DNA of 64,000 nucleotides, taken from NCBI GenBank assembly GCA_021325475.1, contig JAJPHA010000058.1, positions 4,170 through 68,169 on the forward strand, in the 5' to 3' direction. The notes beneath the pieces are model-generated. The model was given only the letters and a program-made list of their open reading frames with translations. It did not search any database and was not told the origin of the DNA. Origin of the DNA: Rhodanobacteraceae bacterium. Its GTDB lineage: Bacteria > Pseudomonadota > Gammaproteobacteria > Xanthomonadales > Rhodanobacteraceae. The translations under genes and the position numbers were made by a program. Below are positions 26,499 to 36,832 of this stretch, one piece after another (the first letter of the stretch is position 1; every line of letters starts with the position of its first letter).

Positions 26499-28382
26499 TC
26501 ACGGCGCGAAGCGCGGCGGAATGCGGTCGGCGAGCACGAGCTCGGCGTGCCGGCGCGCGCCGGCGCGATCGAAGTCGATCGCAAGCCGCGTGCCCGCGGC
26601 CGATTCGCGCAGGCGTCGGCGCCATTCCGCGAGCGGGTGCGCGCCGACGGCTTCGCCGCCGATCGCCACGAGCCGATCGTCCGACTTCAGGCCGACGCGC
26701 GCGGCGGCGCTGTCGGCTGCCACGTCGACGATTTTCAATGCGTCGCCGTCGCGGATCAGCCACAGGCCGCTGCGGTCGAAGGCATCCGGTTTGGCGAAGT
26801 CGGCGTTGGGCGCGAGGTACATCGTCTTGTTGCCATAGTCGAACGCGACGGTGAAGCGGCGCAGCACGCCGCCGCCGAGATTGCCGCCGAGATCGGGGTT
26901 GGCGAACCCGCCCTTGTCGCCGGTGAACAGCTCGCCGGCCGCGCCGACGATGGCGAGACCGCCGAGTTCGAGCGTGCCGAAACGCGCCGGCCGCGCGCGC
27001 GAGGGACCGCCCACGCCCCAGCCGAGCACCGCCTCCGGCCCGGCGTGGTAGCGTGCGATCAGCTCGTGCGCGCGCACGAACGGCGCGTGCAGCGTGAGCG
27101 AGGAGCGCGAACCGGTATCCACGCTCAGGCGGATCGGCAGTCCGTCGAGCGTCGCCTCGATGATCGGGATGCGGTCGTCGAGCGCGAACGGCACCGCGGT
27201 CGCGTCGCGCGGCGGCACGAACTTCTCCGGCGTGGAGAGGACCAGCTCGCGCCGCGCGTAGTCGATGCGCACGCCGAAGCGGCGGAACATCTCGTAACCG
27301 ACCAGGCCATCGGCAGCGACGCCTTCGATCTCGGCCAACTGCCCGAGCTCGACGATGTAGAACACCGGCTGCGCCAGGCGTGCGGCGCCGACGCAGAGTT
27401 CCCGGGCGTGCGCGATGGACAGATCGACGCGTTCGCTGCCGACACCGGCGGCCGCGAGCCGGCCTTCGCCGGACAGCCCGAACTTCTTCGCCGCGGCCGG
27501 CGTGAGCAGGTTCACGCCGCCGGTATCGACCAGCCATTGCGCCGGCTGGTCGTCGATGCGGCCGGCGACATAGATGTGGTTGTTGACGAGCTCGAACGGG
27601 ATCGTGGTCACCCCGCGCGGGTCGTCGATGGTCGCGGTCGCGATCATCCTCGGCATGGCGAAATCGGCATCGTGCACCGCCACGTCGCGCCGCGCCTGCG
27701 TCAGCCGCACCTCGATGCGCCGGCGCGGATCGGTGCGGCCGGCGGCGTCGGTGAGATCGGTGACGCTGTGGAACGGCAGCCGCAGACCGCCGACGTCGCG
27801 GTAGTCGTCGAACACGGTGGTGACCGTATCCTGGCCCTGGCGCTGCACCACGCGCGCGAGCAGTGCGCTGTCGGCATCGAACCACAGCGTCACCGGCTCG
27901 CCGCCCTGCGGCGTGGCGACGATCACGTCGTAGCGCTTGCCGCCCTCGCGGCGCGTCTCGACCGCGCCGAAGGTGCTCGCGCCGCGCGGCGGAAACCAGT
28001 AGGCGCGCGCGTCCAGCCAGGCCTGGCTGCGGGCGCGGCGCAGCGCCGCCGGCGTATCCAGCGCGGCCACTTCGCCGCCCGGATCGCGCTCCCAGGCGAG
28101 CTTGCCGTCGTAGCCGTCGCCGCCTTCCACCGAACCGAGCCGGTAGGCGTCGACGCTGCGGCCGGTCGTGAGATCGACGGTGACGTGGTAGTCACCGGAC
28201 AGACCGCCGGTGGCGATGGTGCCGTCGCCATGCCAGCTCGTCGCCGTGTCCCAGGCGCGGCCGCCGCTCGCCGCCTTGCTGCGGGCGAGCACGTCCGTCG
28301 CGCCGTCGGCGTGCGCGGCGGCGGCGAGCAGGAACAGGGCGGCGGGGAGAAGCCGGTTCGAAGCGCGCATGAGCGGTTGCAT
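26499..28382 (-). CDS. secreted protein with two retropepsin-like aspartyl protease domains and a C-terminal PDZ domain
   Basis: The signal peptide is [25 protein letters not shown]. It has two Asp-Thr-Gly motifs (VDTGGVNLL and VDTGSRSSL) and a PDZ-like C-terminus ([38 protein letters not shown]). Confidence 0.7.
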   Translation of the reverse strand: MQPLMRASNRLLPAALFLLAAAAHADGATDVLARSKAASGGRAWDTATSWHGDGTIATGGLSGDYHVTVDLTTGRSVDAYRLGSVEGGDGYDGKLAWERDPGGEVAALDTPAALRRARSQAWLDARAYWFPPRGASTFGAVETRREGGKRYDVIVATPQGGEPVTLWFDADSALLARVVQRQGQDTVTTVFDDYRDVGGLRLPFHSVTDLTDAAGRTDPRRRIEVRLTQARRDVAVHDADFAMPRMIATATIDDPRGVTTIPFELVNNHIYVAGRIDDQPAQWLVDTGGVNLLTPAAAKKFGLSGEGRLAAAGVGSERVDLSIAHARELCVGAARLAQPVFYIVELGQLAEIEGVAADGLVGYEMFRRFGVRIDYARRELVLSTPEKFVPPRDATAVPFALDDRIPIIEATLDGLPIRLSVDTGSRSSLTLHAPFVRAHELIARYHAGPEAVLGWGVGGPSRARPARFGTLELGGLAIVGAAGELFTGDKGGFANPDLGGNLGGGVLRRFTVAFDYGNKTMYLAPNADFAKPDAFDRSGLWLIRDGDALKIVDVAADSAAARVGLKSDDRLVAIGGEAVGAHPLAEWRRRLRESAAGTRLAIDFDRAGARRHAELVLADRIPPRFAP

Positions 28383-28437
28383 CGCAGGAGGGTCGTATTG
28401 AAGAATACTGGAAAATTTCAAACAGGCAACCCAACCA

Positions 28438-29040
28438 ATGGCACAGCGGAGGCACTGGGTCGAACGCGCCGAGGAGATCGCGCTGCTCGCCTCGCCGGCG
28501 CGGATCGAGATCATGGACACGCTCGAGGCACTCGGCGGCGCGGTCACGGTGGCGGAGCTGGCCGCCGCGCTCGGCCGTCCCGCCGATGGCCTGTACTACC
28601 ACCTGCGCCGGCTCGCCGACGGCGGTCTGATCGAGGAAACGCTCGCCGCCGACGGCCGCCGCTACCGCACGCGCACGCGTCCGGGCCGGCGCCTGAGCCT
28701 GCGTTACCGGCCGGGGCGGACCACCAATGCGCGCGCCGTGCGGCGCGTCGCCGCGAGCATCGCGCGCGTCGCGCAGCGCGACTTCGCGCGCGCGCTCGCG
28801 GATCCGGCGAGCGTCGTCGCGGGGCCGCGGCGCGAGCTCTGGGCGGCGCGCGGCAAGGGCTGGGTCGGGCCGGCGGAACTCGCCGAGATCAACCGCCTGC
28901 TCGGTCGGCTGTCGGCGCTCCTGCTCGCGCCGCGCACGCCGCGCAAGACCAAACTCGTCGCCCTGTCCTGGGTGCTCGCCCCGCTGGATGCCAAGCCCGC
29001 GCGCCGCGCCACGCCACGGCGCGGACGCACGCACGGCTGA
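28438..29040 (+). CDS. winged-helix (ArsR-like) transcriptional regulator
   Basis: The N-terminal 70 aa ([49 protein letters not shown]) look like an ArsR/SmtB-type wHTH. It is divergent from the protease gene across a 55-bp AT-rich spacer containing GTATT-GAAG-AATAC. Confidence 0.6.
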   Translation: MAQRRHWVERAEEIALLASPARIEIMDTLEALGGAVTVAELAAALGRPADGLYYHLRRLADGGLIEETLAADGRRYRTRTRPGRRLSLRYRPGRTTNARAVRRVAASIARVAQRDFARALADPASVVAGPRRELWAARGKGWVGPAELAEINRLLGRLSALLLAPRTPRKTKLVALSWVLAPLDAKPARRATPRRGRTHG

Positions 29041-29099
29041 ACGCGGCGGCGCCCGCGCGCGGCGCATGCGCTACACTCCGCCGGTCGCAGGAGTCGCCC

Positions 29100-29711
29100 A
29101 TGCCGAAGACCGCCAAGACCACCGGCCGCCGCGTCGCCGTCACCCAGGCCGCGGCCGAAGCCGCGGTGCGCACCCTGCTCGCCTGGGCCGGCGAGGATCC
29201 GGCGCGCGAGGGCTTGCGCGACACGCCGCGGCGCGTGGTCGAGGCCTACCGCGACTGGTTCGCCGGCTACGCCGTCGATCCGGCCGACTACCTGCGCCGC
29301 ACCTTCGAGGAAGTCGCCGGCTACGACGAGATGATCGTGCTGCGCGACATCGAATTCGCCTCGCACTGCGAGCACCACATGGCGCCGATCATCGGCCGCG
29401 CCCACGTCGGCTATCTGCCGCGCAACAAGGTGGTCGGCATCAGCAAGCTCGCGCGCGTGGTCGAGGCCTACGCGCGCCGCTTCCAGGTGCAGGAGAAGAT
29501 GACTGCGGAAATCGCGCAGTGCATCAACGCGGTGCTCAAACCGCGCGGCGTCGGCGTGGTCATCGACGCCACCCACGAGTGCATGACCACGCGCGGCGTG
29601 CACAAGCGCCGCGTGTCGATGATCACCAGCCAGATGCTCGGCAGCTTCCGCGAGGACGCCCGCACCCGCGCCGAGTTCCTGCGCTTCATCGACATCCACG
29701 CCATCCGCTGA
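29100..29711 (+). CDS. folE: GTP cyclohydrolase I
   Basis: It carries [14 protein letters not shown] and the zinc site [10 protein letters not shown]...[10 protein letters not shown]. The length is 203 aa. Confidence 0.92.
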   Translation: MPKTAKTTGRRVAVTQAAAEAAVRTLLAWAGEDPAREGLRDTPRRVVEAYRDWFAGYAVDPADYLRRTFEEVAGYDEMIVLRDIEFASHCEHHMAPIIGRAHVGYLPRNKVVGISKLARVVEAYARRFQVQEKMTAEIAQCINAVLKPRGVGVVIDATHECMTTRGVHKRRVSMITSQMLGSFREDARTRAEFLRFIDIHAIR

Positions 29712-29726
29712 CTCCAAGGAACCGAC

Positions 29727-31067
29727 GTGTCCGAACCTTCGTCCGCCCCGCCGCCGCGCCGCGCCGCGCTGGCGTTCATCTTCATCACCGTGTTGATCGA
29801 CATTCTCGCCTTCGGGCTGATCATTCCGGTGCTGCCGCACCTGATCGAGCATTTCCTCAGCGGCGACGTCTCGCGCGCCGCGGTCTGGTACGGCTATTTC
29901 TCGACCGCGTTCTTCGCCATGCAGTTCTTCTTCACGCCGGTGCAGGGCGCGTTGTCGGACTGGCTCGGCCGGCGTCCGGTGATCCTGCTGTCCAACCTCG
30001 GCCTCGGGCTCGACTTCGTGCTGATGGCGCTGGTCAACACCCTGCCGCTGCTGTTCATCGGCCGGGTGATTTCCGGCATCACCGCGGCGAGCTTCTCCAC
30101 CGCCAACGCCTATGTCGCCGACGTCACTCCGCCGGAGCGGCGCGCGGCGAGTTTCGGCCTGCTCGGCATGGCCTTCGGCATCGGCTTCGTCGTCGCGCCG
30201 GCGATCGGCGGTTTCCTCGGCGAGATCAACCTGCGCCTGCCGTTCTGGGCCGCGGTGGTGCTGTGTCTGGCGAACTTCTGCTACGGCCTGTTCGTGCTGC
30301 CCGAATCGCTGCCGCGCGAGAAGCGCACGCCGCGCTTCGACTGGCAGCACGCCAATCCGTTCGGCGCGCTCGCCCTGCTGCGTCGCTATCCGCAAGTGCT
30401 GGGCCTGGTCGGCGTGCTGTTCCTGATGGCGCTCGCGCACATGGTCTATCCGACCACCTTCGTGCTCTACGCCGACTACCGCTTCCACTGGGGCCCGCAG
30501 ATGGTCGGCTACACGCTCGCCCTGGTCGGCGTGCTCGCGGCGATCGTGCAGGGCGGGCTGGTGAAAAAGATCGTCGCCGCGCTCGGTGAACGGCGCACGC
30601 TCCTGTTCGGACTCGGCTGCGGCACGCTCGGCTTCGCCCTGTACGCGGTCGCGCCGACCGGCTACTGGTTCTGGGCGATGATGCCGATCGCCGCGCTGTG
30701 GGGCGTGGCCGGTCCCGCCGCGCAGGCGATCATGACCCACCACGTCGATCCGCGCGAGCAGGGTCGTCTGCAGGGCGCGGTGGCGAGCCTGTCCAGCATC
30801 GCCGGCATCCTGGCGCCGACCCTGTTCACGCGCATCTTCGCGGCGGTGACCGAGGCGGGGCTGCGCGATGTCTGGGCCGGTGCCGCGTTCCTCGCCGCCG
30901 GCGCGATGGTCGGCGCGGCCTTGTTCCTCGCCTGGTACTCCGTGGCGCACCTGCCGCCGGCCGCGACCGTCGCCGCGCCGCCGGCCGAATCCATCGTCAC
31001 CTCGGAAGTGCTGGCCAGCGCGAGCGACCTCGATCCGCCGATCGACGAGGACGCGGCGCGGGGGTGA
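29727..31067 (+). CDS. MFS transporter (DHA1/TetA-like)
   Basis: It has 12 predicted hydrophobic segments and MFS motif A, GALSDWLGRRPVIL. The start is a GTG. Confidence 0.85.
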   Translation: MSEPSSAPPPRRAALAFIFITVLIDILAFGLIIPVLPHLIEHFLSGDVSRAAVWYGYFSTAFFAMQFFFTPVQGALSDWLGRRPVILLSNLGLGLDFVLMALVNTLPLLFIGRVISGITAASFSTANAYVADVTPPERRAASFGLLGMAFGIGFVVAPAIGGFLGEINLRLPFWAAVVLCLANFCYGLFVLPESLPREKRTPRFDWQHANPFGALALLRRYPQVLGLVGVLFLMALAHMVYPTTFVLYADYRFHWGPQMVGYTLALVGVLAAIVQGGLVKKIVAALGERRTLLFGLGCGTLGFALYAVAPTGYWFWAMMPIAALWGVAGPAAQAIMTHHVDPREQGRLQGAVASLSSIAGILAPTLFTRIFAAVTEAGLRDVWAGAAFLAAGAMVGAALFLAWYSVAHLPPAATVAAPPAESIVTSEVLASASDLDPPIDEDAARG

Positions 31068-31079
31068 GGGGGTTGATCC

Positions 31080-32051
31080 ATGCGATCCAATTCGCGAAGG
31101 CGCAACTACGCGATCCTCGCGGCCGCGGCGATGGCCGCACTGGCGATTGCGTATTGGTGGCACTCGCGCACCGGGCCCGCCGATGCGCTACGGGAGAAAT
31201 CCGCCACGCTTTCCGATGCCGGGAAGAAAATCGCCTTGTCCCGCCAGCAGGAGACTCGGCAGGCTGCGCCGTCGAAGTCTCCCGCTTTTGCGATCGCCGA
31301 GGATGGCACCGTGCCGGTCCCGGCGCGGTTCCAACTGCCCGGCGTGCCGCGCGTGCGTGCCGGGACGGCGGCGAGTTTCCAGGAATGGATCGGCCTCTAT
31401 CCCGAGGCCGATCAGGCGGCGATCCGGGACTTCAACGCCAAACACTTCGGCGTCTATTCGATCAACTCGCCGCAACAGATCGCTTGGATGGCGCAGAACG
31501 GCTATCCGATGCCGGAGGATCTGATCGCCGCCAAGGCGCTCACGGATGAAGACCTGCGACGGTTGGCGCAAGGCGGGAACGACAAGGCTGGTTTTCTGTT
31601 ACGGGAACGGGACATCGAAACCCTGCGTGCAGCGCTCCAAACCTATGCCGCGCAAGGCAACACCGACTCGGATTTTTGGCTGAACGACCCGGCGGCGGAA
31701 AAAATGCGTCAAGACGACGATCTTTACAGGCAATTGCTGCGCCAGTCGAATAGTCCCTTCAAAGGCTATTTGCAGGCGCAAGAATCGCTGCTCACCAAGG
31801 ATCCACTTGAAGCGGATGCCGATGTGATCGCAGGTCTCGCATGGGCGATGAGCTTGGGAGACTTTCGCGCCAGTCAATTGATGACGAATTTTGAAGGAAA
31901 TGATTCAATCCGAGTCGCCATGTTCATGGCGGCTGCCAAGGTCTCCTCGAATAAGGATCACGATATTATGCGTATGCGGGAGACCGGCTGCGCGCCCGCG
32001 GGAGTCGGGCCGGGAATGTATATTCCTGGGGACTTTGGCCCGGTGGAGTGA
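31080..32051 (+). CDS. hypothetical N-terminally anchored protein
   Basis: The 323-aa protein has one TM segment (YAILAAAAMAALAIAYWW) and is otherwise helical and acidic. Its 3-prime half is lower in GC. I recognise no family. Confidence 0.5.
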   Translation: MRSNSRRRNYAILAAAAMAALAIAYWWHSRTGPADALREKSATLSDAGKKIALSRQQETRQAAPSKSPAFAIAEDGTVPVPARFQLPGVPRVRAGTAASFQEWIGLYPEADQAAIRDFNAKHFGVYSINSPQQIAWMAQNGYPMPEDLIAAKALTDEDLRRLAQGGNDKAGFLLRERDIETLRAALQTYAAQGNTDSDFWLNDPAAEKMRQDDDLYRQLLRQSNSPFKGYLQAQESLLTKDPLEADADVIAGLAWAMSLGDFRASQLMTNFEGNDSIRVAMFMAAAKVSSNKDHDIMRMRETGCAPAGVGPGMYIPGDFGPVE

Positions 32052-32069
32052 ATCGAGGCAAAGCCGTTG

Positions 32070-32100
32070 GTTGGCGCCGCATCCAAGTGACGGCGCCAAC
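32070..32100. terminator. 10-bp perfect hairpin between convergent genes
   Basis: The stem GTTGGCGCCG pairs with CGGCGCCAAC across an 11-nt loop. There is no U-tract on either strand. Confidence 0.35.
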
Positions 32101-32128
32101 CTCTGCCACTCCGGGCGGGGCGCCACAC

Positions 32129-32740
32129 TCACGAACCGTACTTCACGCTGCAGCCGTAGGGTTCGGAGGTCGGTGCGCTGACGGCCTTGCCGGCGGCGAG
32201 CTCGTGCAGCGCCTGCGGCACGTATTGCGTCGCCTTGGCGATGTCGGCCTCGTCGGTGCTGGCGATCGAGTCGATGCCGCCCAGGTAGCGGAGCACGCCG
32301 TCCTTGTCGATCACGAACAGATGCGGCGTGGTCTTGGCGCCGTACAGGCGACCCACCTTGCCGTCCGCATCGAGCAGGTACGCGCTCGGATGGGCGTGGT
32401 ACTGCGCGAGGAAGGCGTTGGCGCCGGCGCCATCGACATGGCCTTGCTTCCCCGGCGCGCCGGAATTGATGACCAGCCACACCGCGCCCGCGGCGGTGGC
32501 CTCGGCCTGCTGTTTCGGGATGTTGCCGCTGCGGTAGTGCTTCTTCACGAACGGGCATTCCGGATTGTTCCATTCGAGCACGACCGGCTTGCCCTTGAAC
32601 TCGGCAAGCGTGTGAGTCTTGCCGTTGCTGTCGGTGAGGGTGAAATCGGGCGCGGGTTCGCCGATCGCGACCTTGGCGCGCAGCGGCGCGCTGAACAGGC
32701 TGGAGAACACGGCGGCGAGCAGCAGGGGACGAAGTTTCAT
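32129..32740 (-). CDS. periplasmic thioredoxin-fold redoxin (AhpC/TSA-like)
   Basis: The internal ATG at 32740 gives a signal peptide, MKLRPLLLAAVFSSLFSAPLRA, followed by APDFTL.D..GK...L..FKGKPVVLEW.NP.CPF. There is an ATGA overlap with the upstream gene. Confidence 0.75.
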   Translation of the reverse strand: MKLRPLLLAAVFSSLFSAPLRAKVAIGEPAPDFTLTDSNGKTHTLAEFKGKPVVLEWNNPECPFVKKHYRSGNIPKQQAEATAAGAVWLVINSGAPGKQGHVDGAGANAFLAQYHAHPSAYLLDADGKVGRLYGAKTTPHLFVIDKDGVLRYLGGIDSIASTDEADIAKATQYVPQALHELAAGKAVSAPTSEPYGCSVKYGS

Positions 32741-33567
32741 GGTCGGTTCCTCGAAGACGACGGGACGGAAGACGCTGCGTCGACGAACGGCACGTGCGCG
32801 GCGAAGGCGCGCGCACCGGCACGCACGACGAGATCGAGCGCCGCCGGCGCCGCCGCGAAGTATTCGCTGCGGTCGAACGCGAGCGTGAGCGTGTCGCCCT
32901 CGCGCCGCGCGCGTGGCCGCGCCGCGGCGACCACCTTGCGCTGCGCGACGAAAGCGTCGAGTTCGCCGGCGGGGAGATCGGCGCCGCGCAGCGTCGCCTC
33001 GACGCGATCGTCGACCAGTCGGGCCGCGCCGGTCCACGTCGTCGCGCGCGGCAGCGCGGCGCGTGCGGCGGCGAACGCCGCGGCGTGACGCGCATCCGGT
33101 TCGGCCGCGGCGCGCACCGGCAGTTCGAGCGCGAGCATGGCCTTGCCGGGGATGCACTCCTCGCGGCACACCAGCCATTTCACCTCGACGGCGAGGCTCG
33201 CGCGCGTGCCGAGCGCGGCGTCCTGCGGCACCTCGATCGACACCGGCAGCAGCACCTCGCCGGCGTAGCCGAAATTGGCGATGTCGCCAAGCGTGAAGCG
33301 CTGCGGCGCCGGCCAGTCGATCGCGCCGGCGCGGTACCCTTCGGGCAGATGCCAGACGAGTTCGGTCGGCAGGCCCGAATCGCCGGGATTGATCCAGTAC
33401 GTGTGCCAGTGCGGCGCGTGCCGCAGCCGGATGCCGAGCGGCGCAATGTGTCCGGGCACGAGCGCGGTCTCGGCGGCGAGCAGCGCCACGTCGATATGCT
33501 CGGCGTGCGCCTCCGGCGCCGGCAGGGCGGCGACGAGCGGCGCGGCGATGGCGAACAACGCGAACAT
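32737..33567 (-). CDS. DsbD N-terminal-domain-like thiol:disulfide interchange protein
   Basis: HWHTYWINPGDSG.PTEL.W, followed by KWLVCREECIP, is characteristic of DsbD-alpha/ScsB-like N-terminal domains. It is coupled to the redoxin gene. Confidence 0.6.
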   Translation of the reverse strand: MFALFAIAAPLVAALPAPEAHAEHIDVALLAAETALVPGHIAPLGIRLRHAPHWHTYWINPGDSGLPTELVWHLPEGYRAGAIDWPAPQRFTLGDIANFGYAGEVLLPVSIEVPQDAALGTRASLAVEVKWLVCREECIPGKAMLALELPVRAAAEPDARHAAAFAAARAALPRATTWTGAARLVDDRVEATLRGADLPAGELDAFVAQRKVVAAARPRARREGDTLTLAFDRSEYFAAAPAALDLVVRAGARAFAAHVPFVDAASSVPSSSRNRP

Positions 33568-33667
33568 GCCGTCGTTGAGACCACGAGTCGGTGGCGGAAA
33601 TTTCAGCGCGGACCGGTGCGCCAGTCAAATCGTCGAACTTTTCGGTAGTGGTCTAGTTTGAAATTCC

Positions 33668-34309
33668 CTACTTGATGAGTTCGGCAGCCTTTTGATCTAT
33701 CACGACGTCAGCGTGATCTAGCATCTGGTCCTTAACATTCTGGGCGAGACGAACAAGAATCATTTGTACGCCCTCTCGGCGAGCAAATTTCATAGCAGGA
33801 ATGAGGTCGCTATCGCCGGTAACTAGAACTATGACTTGCACCTGCTTCTTTAAGGCCAGCGCAGCTATGTCTAGACCAATGCGCATGTCTACGCCCTTTT
33901 GTTGTACGTTCGGCTCCAAGTCGTCAGGCACAATCTGCGTGACGGCCTTCGCCCCTCGAAGCAATCGCTCTCGGATACTCCAGCCTCGGTAGCTTAATTC
34001 TCCATAGCGCATTGCAACATACGGAACGCGCGCGATGGTCGCGTGCTGCTGTTGACTGATAGCAGCCATCTTGCTTTTGGAGAAATCGAATTCTTTCCCA
34101 TCAGGACGGCGATACTTTCCTGTGAGCGGTTTAGCGTCATAAAAGTAAACGCGATGAAGGCGCATGCCATCGACGCATGGAAGTTTGCCGATTGCTTCGA
34201 TGAGTTTCGTGACTTCCTTATCAGAGATGGGCGGGTCTTTCGCCTTCACCTTCAAGGCGTATTTTGCGAAACCGCCGTCTATAAGGATTGCGTAGCAGGC
34301 TTTAAGCAC
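33668..34309 (-). CDS. NYN (LabA/PIN-like) domain protein
   Basis: The protein shows AILIDGGF..., then QKGVDMRIGLDIAALA..., then IVLVTGDSDLIPAMKFARREG, which is the NYN acidic-residue pattern. The gene is clearly AT-richer than the genome background. Confidence 0.75.
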   Translation of the reverse strand: MLKACYAILIDGGFAKYALKVKAKDPPISDKEVTKLIEAIGKLPCVDGMRLHRVYFYDAKPLTGKYRRPDGKEFDFSKSKMAAISQQQHATIARVPYVAMRYGELSYRGWSIRERLLRGAKAVTQIVPDDLEPNVQQKGVDMRIGLDIAALALKKQVQVIVLVTGDSDLIPAMKFARREGVQMILVRLAQNVKDQMLDHADVVIDQKAAELIK

Positions 34310-34558
34310 ACAACCCTCGGAGAAAAGTGGCGTGCCAGCGGGTGGCGGACGAGACCGCTCTTACATAGACACCCACTGGCAGCCGGTTCTCACGGTTACC
34401 CCCGTAGGGGGTGCTTCGCAATGATGGTGCCACTCTGGCAACCTGTCAATAAGCTATTGATGTTGATTGCAGCTTACTGATTTTGCGATATTTTTCTTGT
34501 ACTGACCGCGTTTTTTCGCAACAGGCTCAGGTACTAGCGCGGCGATTTCCTCCAAACT

Positions 34559-35316
34559 CTAGACGTGATCCGCGATACCGGCTTCCATTGCCGGGGTCAC
34601 GCGCAGCGTCTTATGGATACGCCCGAAGTTGTAGTACATGAAGTGCAGTGCGATGGCGTGTGCGTGGTTCTCGACCTTCTTGCTGAATCCATTAGTGAGA
34701 CGAGTGAATCGGCGGCAAGACATGCGCAACGTGAGGTTTGAACGCTCGACGTAGCTTGTGGAAACATGCGCGAGGTCGGGGTTGCCGATCTTCGGCGTCT
34801 TGGTCGCACAGACAATTTCGGTCGGGCTGTACTTGCGCTCCGCACCACGGTTCGGCTCTTCGTCGCCGTACACCTTAATAAGCATTGCGAAGTCTACGTC
34901 CGTGCCGAACACGTCTTCGACCGCATCGGCATAGACCTTGTGGCCGTCTGTGGTCAGTTGCACGCGATGCGACAGTCGCGGATACAGGTCAGCAAGGAAA
35001 GCCTCAGCGGCCTTTGCGCCACGCGTGCCAACCATCCATCACATGAGCTTGGTGTCGGCATCAAGCGCCGTCCACGTCCAAACGTCACCGATGCCGAAGG
35101 TGCCTTTGAGTTCGGCCGGTACGTTCTTTTTCTTCGCGCCGACGAACGCCCAAATCTCGTCGCACTGGATACGGCGGCACTTAAGGTTGCGTAGGGCTTT
35201 GTCCTGATACTCGGCGCAGGCTTGGCCGACCTCGGCCAGTAGCTTGAGTGCCGTCATCTTGGCGGCACCGCTGATCTGACACGTCGCGCTGATCGAATTG
35301 CCTTCGACAAACTTTT
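34559..35316 (-). pseudogene. IS1-family-like DDE transposase remnant (5-prime truncated, with an in-frame TGA)
   Basis: The translation reads ..[98 protein letters not shown]. The TGA at 35039-35041 is in frame with both halves. About the first 14 codons and any recognisable terminal repeat are missing. Confidence 0.65.
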
Positions 35317-35350
35317 CCCGGCCGCCGGCGGCTGCGACAATTGCCGCCCC

Positions 35351-36304
35351 ATGTCCGCCGTTCCCGTCTACGCCGATATCGAGGCCGCCGCCCGGCGCAT
35401 CGCGCCGCACGTGCGGGTGACGCCGGTGTTGTCGGCGGCTTCGCTCGACGAACTCGCCGGCTGCCGGCTGCACTTCAAGTGCGAGAACTTCCAGCGCGCC
35501 GGCGCCTTCAAGTTCCGCGGCGCCTGCAATGCGGTGTGGTCGTTGCCGGACGCGATCGCCGCGCGCGGCGTGGTCACGCATTCGTCCGGCAACCACGGCG
35601 CGGCGCTCGCGCTGGCAGCGAAGACACGCGGCATTCCGGCGCATGTGGTGGTGCCGGCGGGCGCGGTCGCGACCAAACTCGCGGCGATCGCGCGCGCCGG
35701 CGCCGCCGTGCACGAGTGCGCGCCGACCCTGGCCGCGCGCGATGCCATGGCGGCCGAGCTCGAGCGCACCACTGGCGCGACCCTGGTGCACCCGTTCACC
35801 GATCCGCGCGTGATCGCGGGCCAGGGCACCGCAGCGCGCGAGCTGCTCGAGCAGGCCGGCCCGCTCGATGCGCTGATCGCACCGATCGGCGGCGGCGGCC
35901 TGATCGGCGGCAGCGCGATCGCCGCACGCGCGCTCGCGCCCGCAATCCGGCTGTTCGCCGCGGAGCCGGAAGGCGCCGCCGACGCGCACGCCTCGCTCGC
36001 CGCCGGCCGGCGCGTCGCCGATCTCGTGCCGGAGACGATTTGCGACGGCCTGCGCGCCACGCTCGGCGAGATCAACTTCGCCCTGCTGCGCGCGCACGGC
36101 GTGGAGGTGCTGCTCGCGAGCGACGTCGAAACCGTCGCGGCGATGCGGCTCGTCTTCGAGCGGCTGAAGATCGTGGTGGAGCCCTCCTCCGCGATCGCGC
36201 TTGCCGCGATCCTGCGGCATCGCGCGCGCTTCGCCGGTCTGCGGGTGGGCGTGATTCTCACCGGCGGCAACGTCGATCCGGACCGGCTGCCCTGGCAGAG
36301 TTGA
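35351..36304 (+). CDS. PLP-dependent threonine/serine dehydratase family protein
   Basis: FKCENFQRAGAFKFRGA (PLP lysine context), SSGNHG and a glycine-rich GGGGLIGG loop place it in the tryptophan-synthase-beta-like fold. Confidence 0.85.
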   Translation: MSAVPVYADIEAAARRIAPHVRVTPVLSAASLDELAGCRLHFKCENFQRAGAFKFRGACNAVWSLPDAIAARGVVTHSSGNHGAALALAAKTRGIPAHVVVPAGAVATKLAAIARAGAAVHECAPTLAARDAMAAELERTTGATLVHPFTDPRVIAGQGTAARELLEQAGPLDALIAPIGGGGLIGGSAIAARALAPAIRLFAAEPEGAADAHASLAAGRRVADLVPETICDGLRATLGEINFALLRAHGVEVLLASDVETVAAMRLVFERLKIVVEPSSAIALAAILRHRARFAGLRVGVILTGGNVDPDRLPWQS

Positions 36305-36321
36305 ATCCCGAAGGAGACACC

Positions 36322-36780
36322 ATGTGGCGCGATGCGTTGCTGGGGTATATACACTTTGTCGCAATTTTCACATTGTTCGCTTGCCTTGCGGTCGAGTGGA
36401 GCCTGCTCGGCGCCGGCGTCGAGCGACTCGATCCGCGCCGGCTGGTGCGCGCCGATCTCGGCTATCTCATCGCCGCGATCGCGGTGCTGGCGAGCGGCCT
36501 CGCGCGCGCCCTGGCCGGCGCGAAACCGTGGGTGTTCTACGCCGGCAATCCGGGGTTTCACCTGAAGCTCGGCCTGTTCGTGCTGGTCGGGCTGGTCTCG
36601 ATCGCGCCGACAGTCGCGTTCCTGCGCTGGCGCCGCGCCGCGGCGGCGGACGCGAATTTCCGCGTCGCACCCGACGCCTGGCGGTGCGCGCGCCGCCTCG
36701 TGCTGATCGAACTGCACCTCGTCGCGGCGATTCCGTTGCTCGCCGCGCTGATGGCACGCGGCATCGGTCTTTCCGGGTAG
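36322..36780 (+). CDS. small integral membrane protein (DUF2214-like)
   Basis: AAGGAG lies 6 nt upstream of ATG 36322. The protein has four hydrophobic segments. Its first about 25 codons are unusually AT-rich. Confidence 0.55.
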   Translation: MWRDALLGYIHFVAIFTLFACLAVEWSLLGAGVERLDPRRLVRADLGYLIAAIAVLASGLARALAGAKPWVFYAGNPGFHLKLGLFVLVGLVSIAPTVAFLRWRRAAAADANFRVAPDAWRCARRLVLIELHLVAAIPLLAALMARGIGLSG

Positions 36781-36832
36781 TGCGCGACACCGCGGCGCAG
36801 TACACTCGTCGGCCCATGGCCCACGGTGACTC

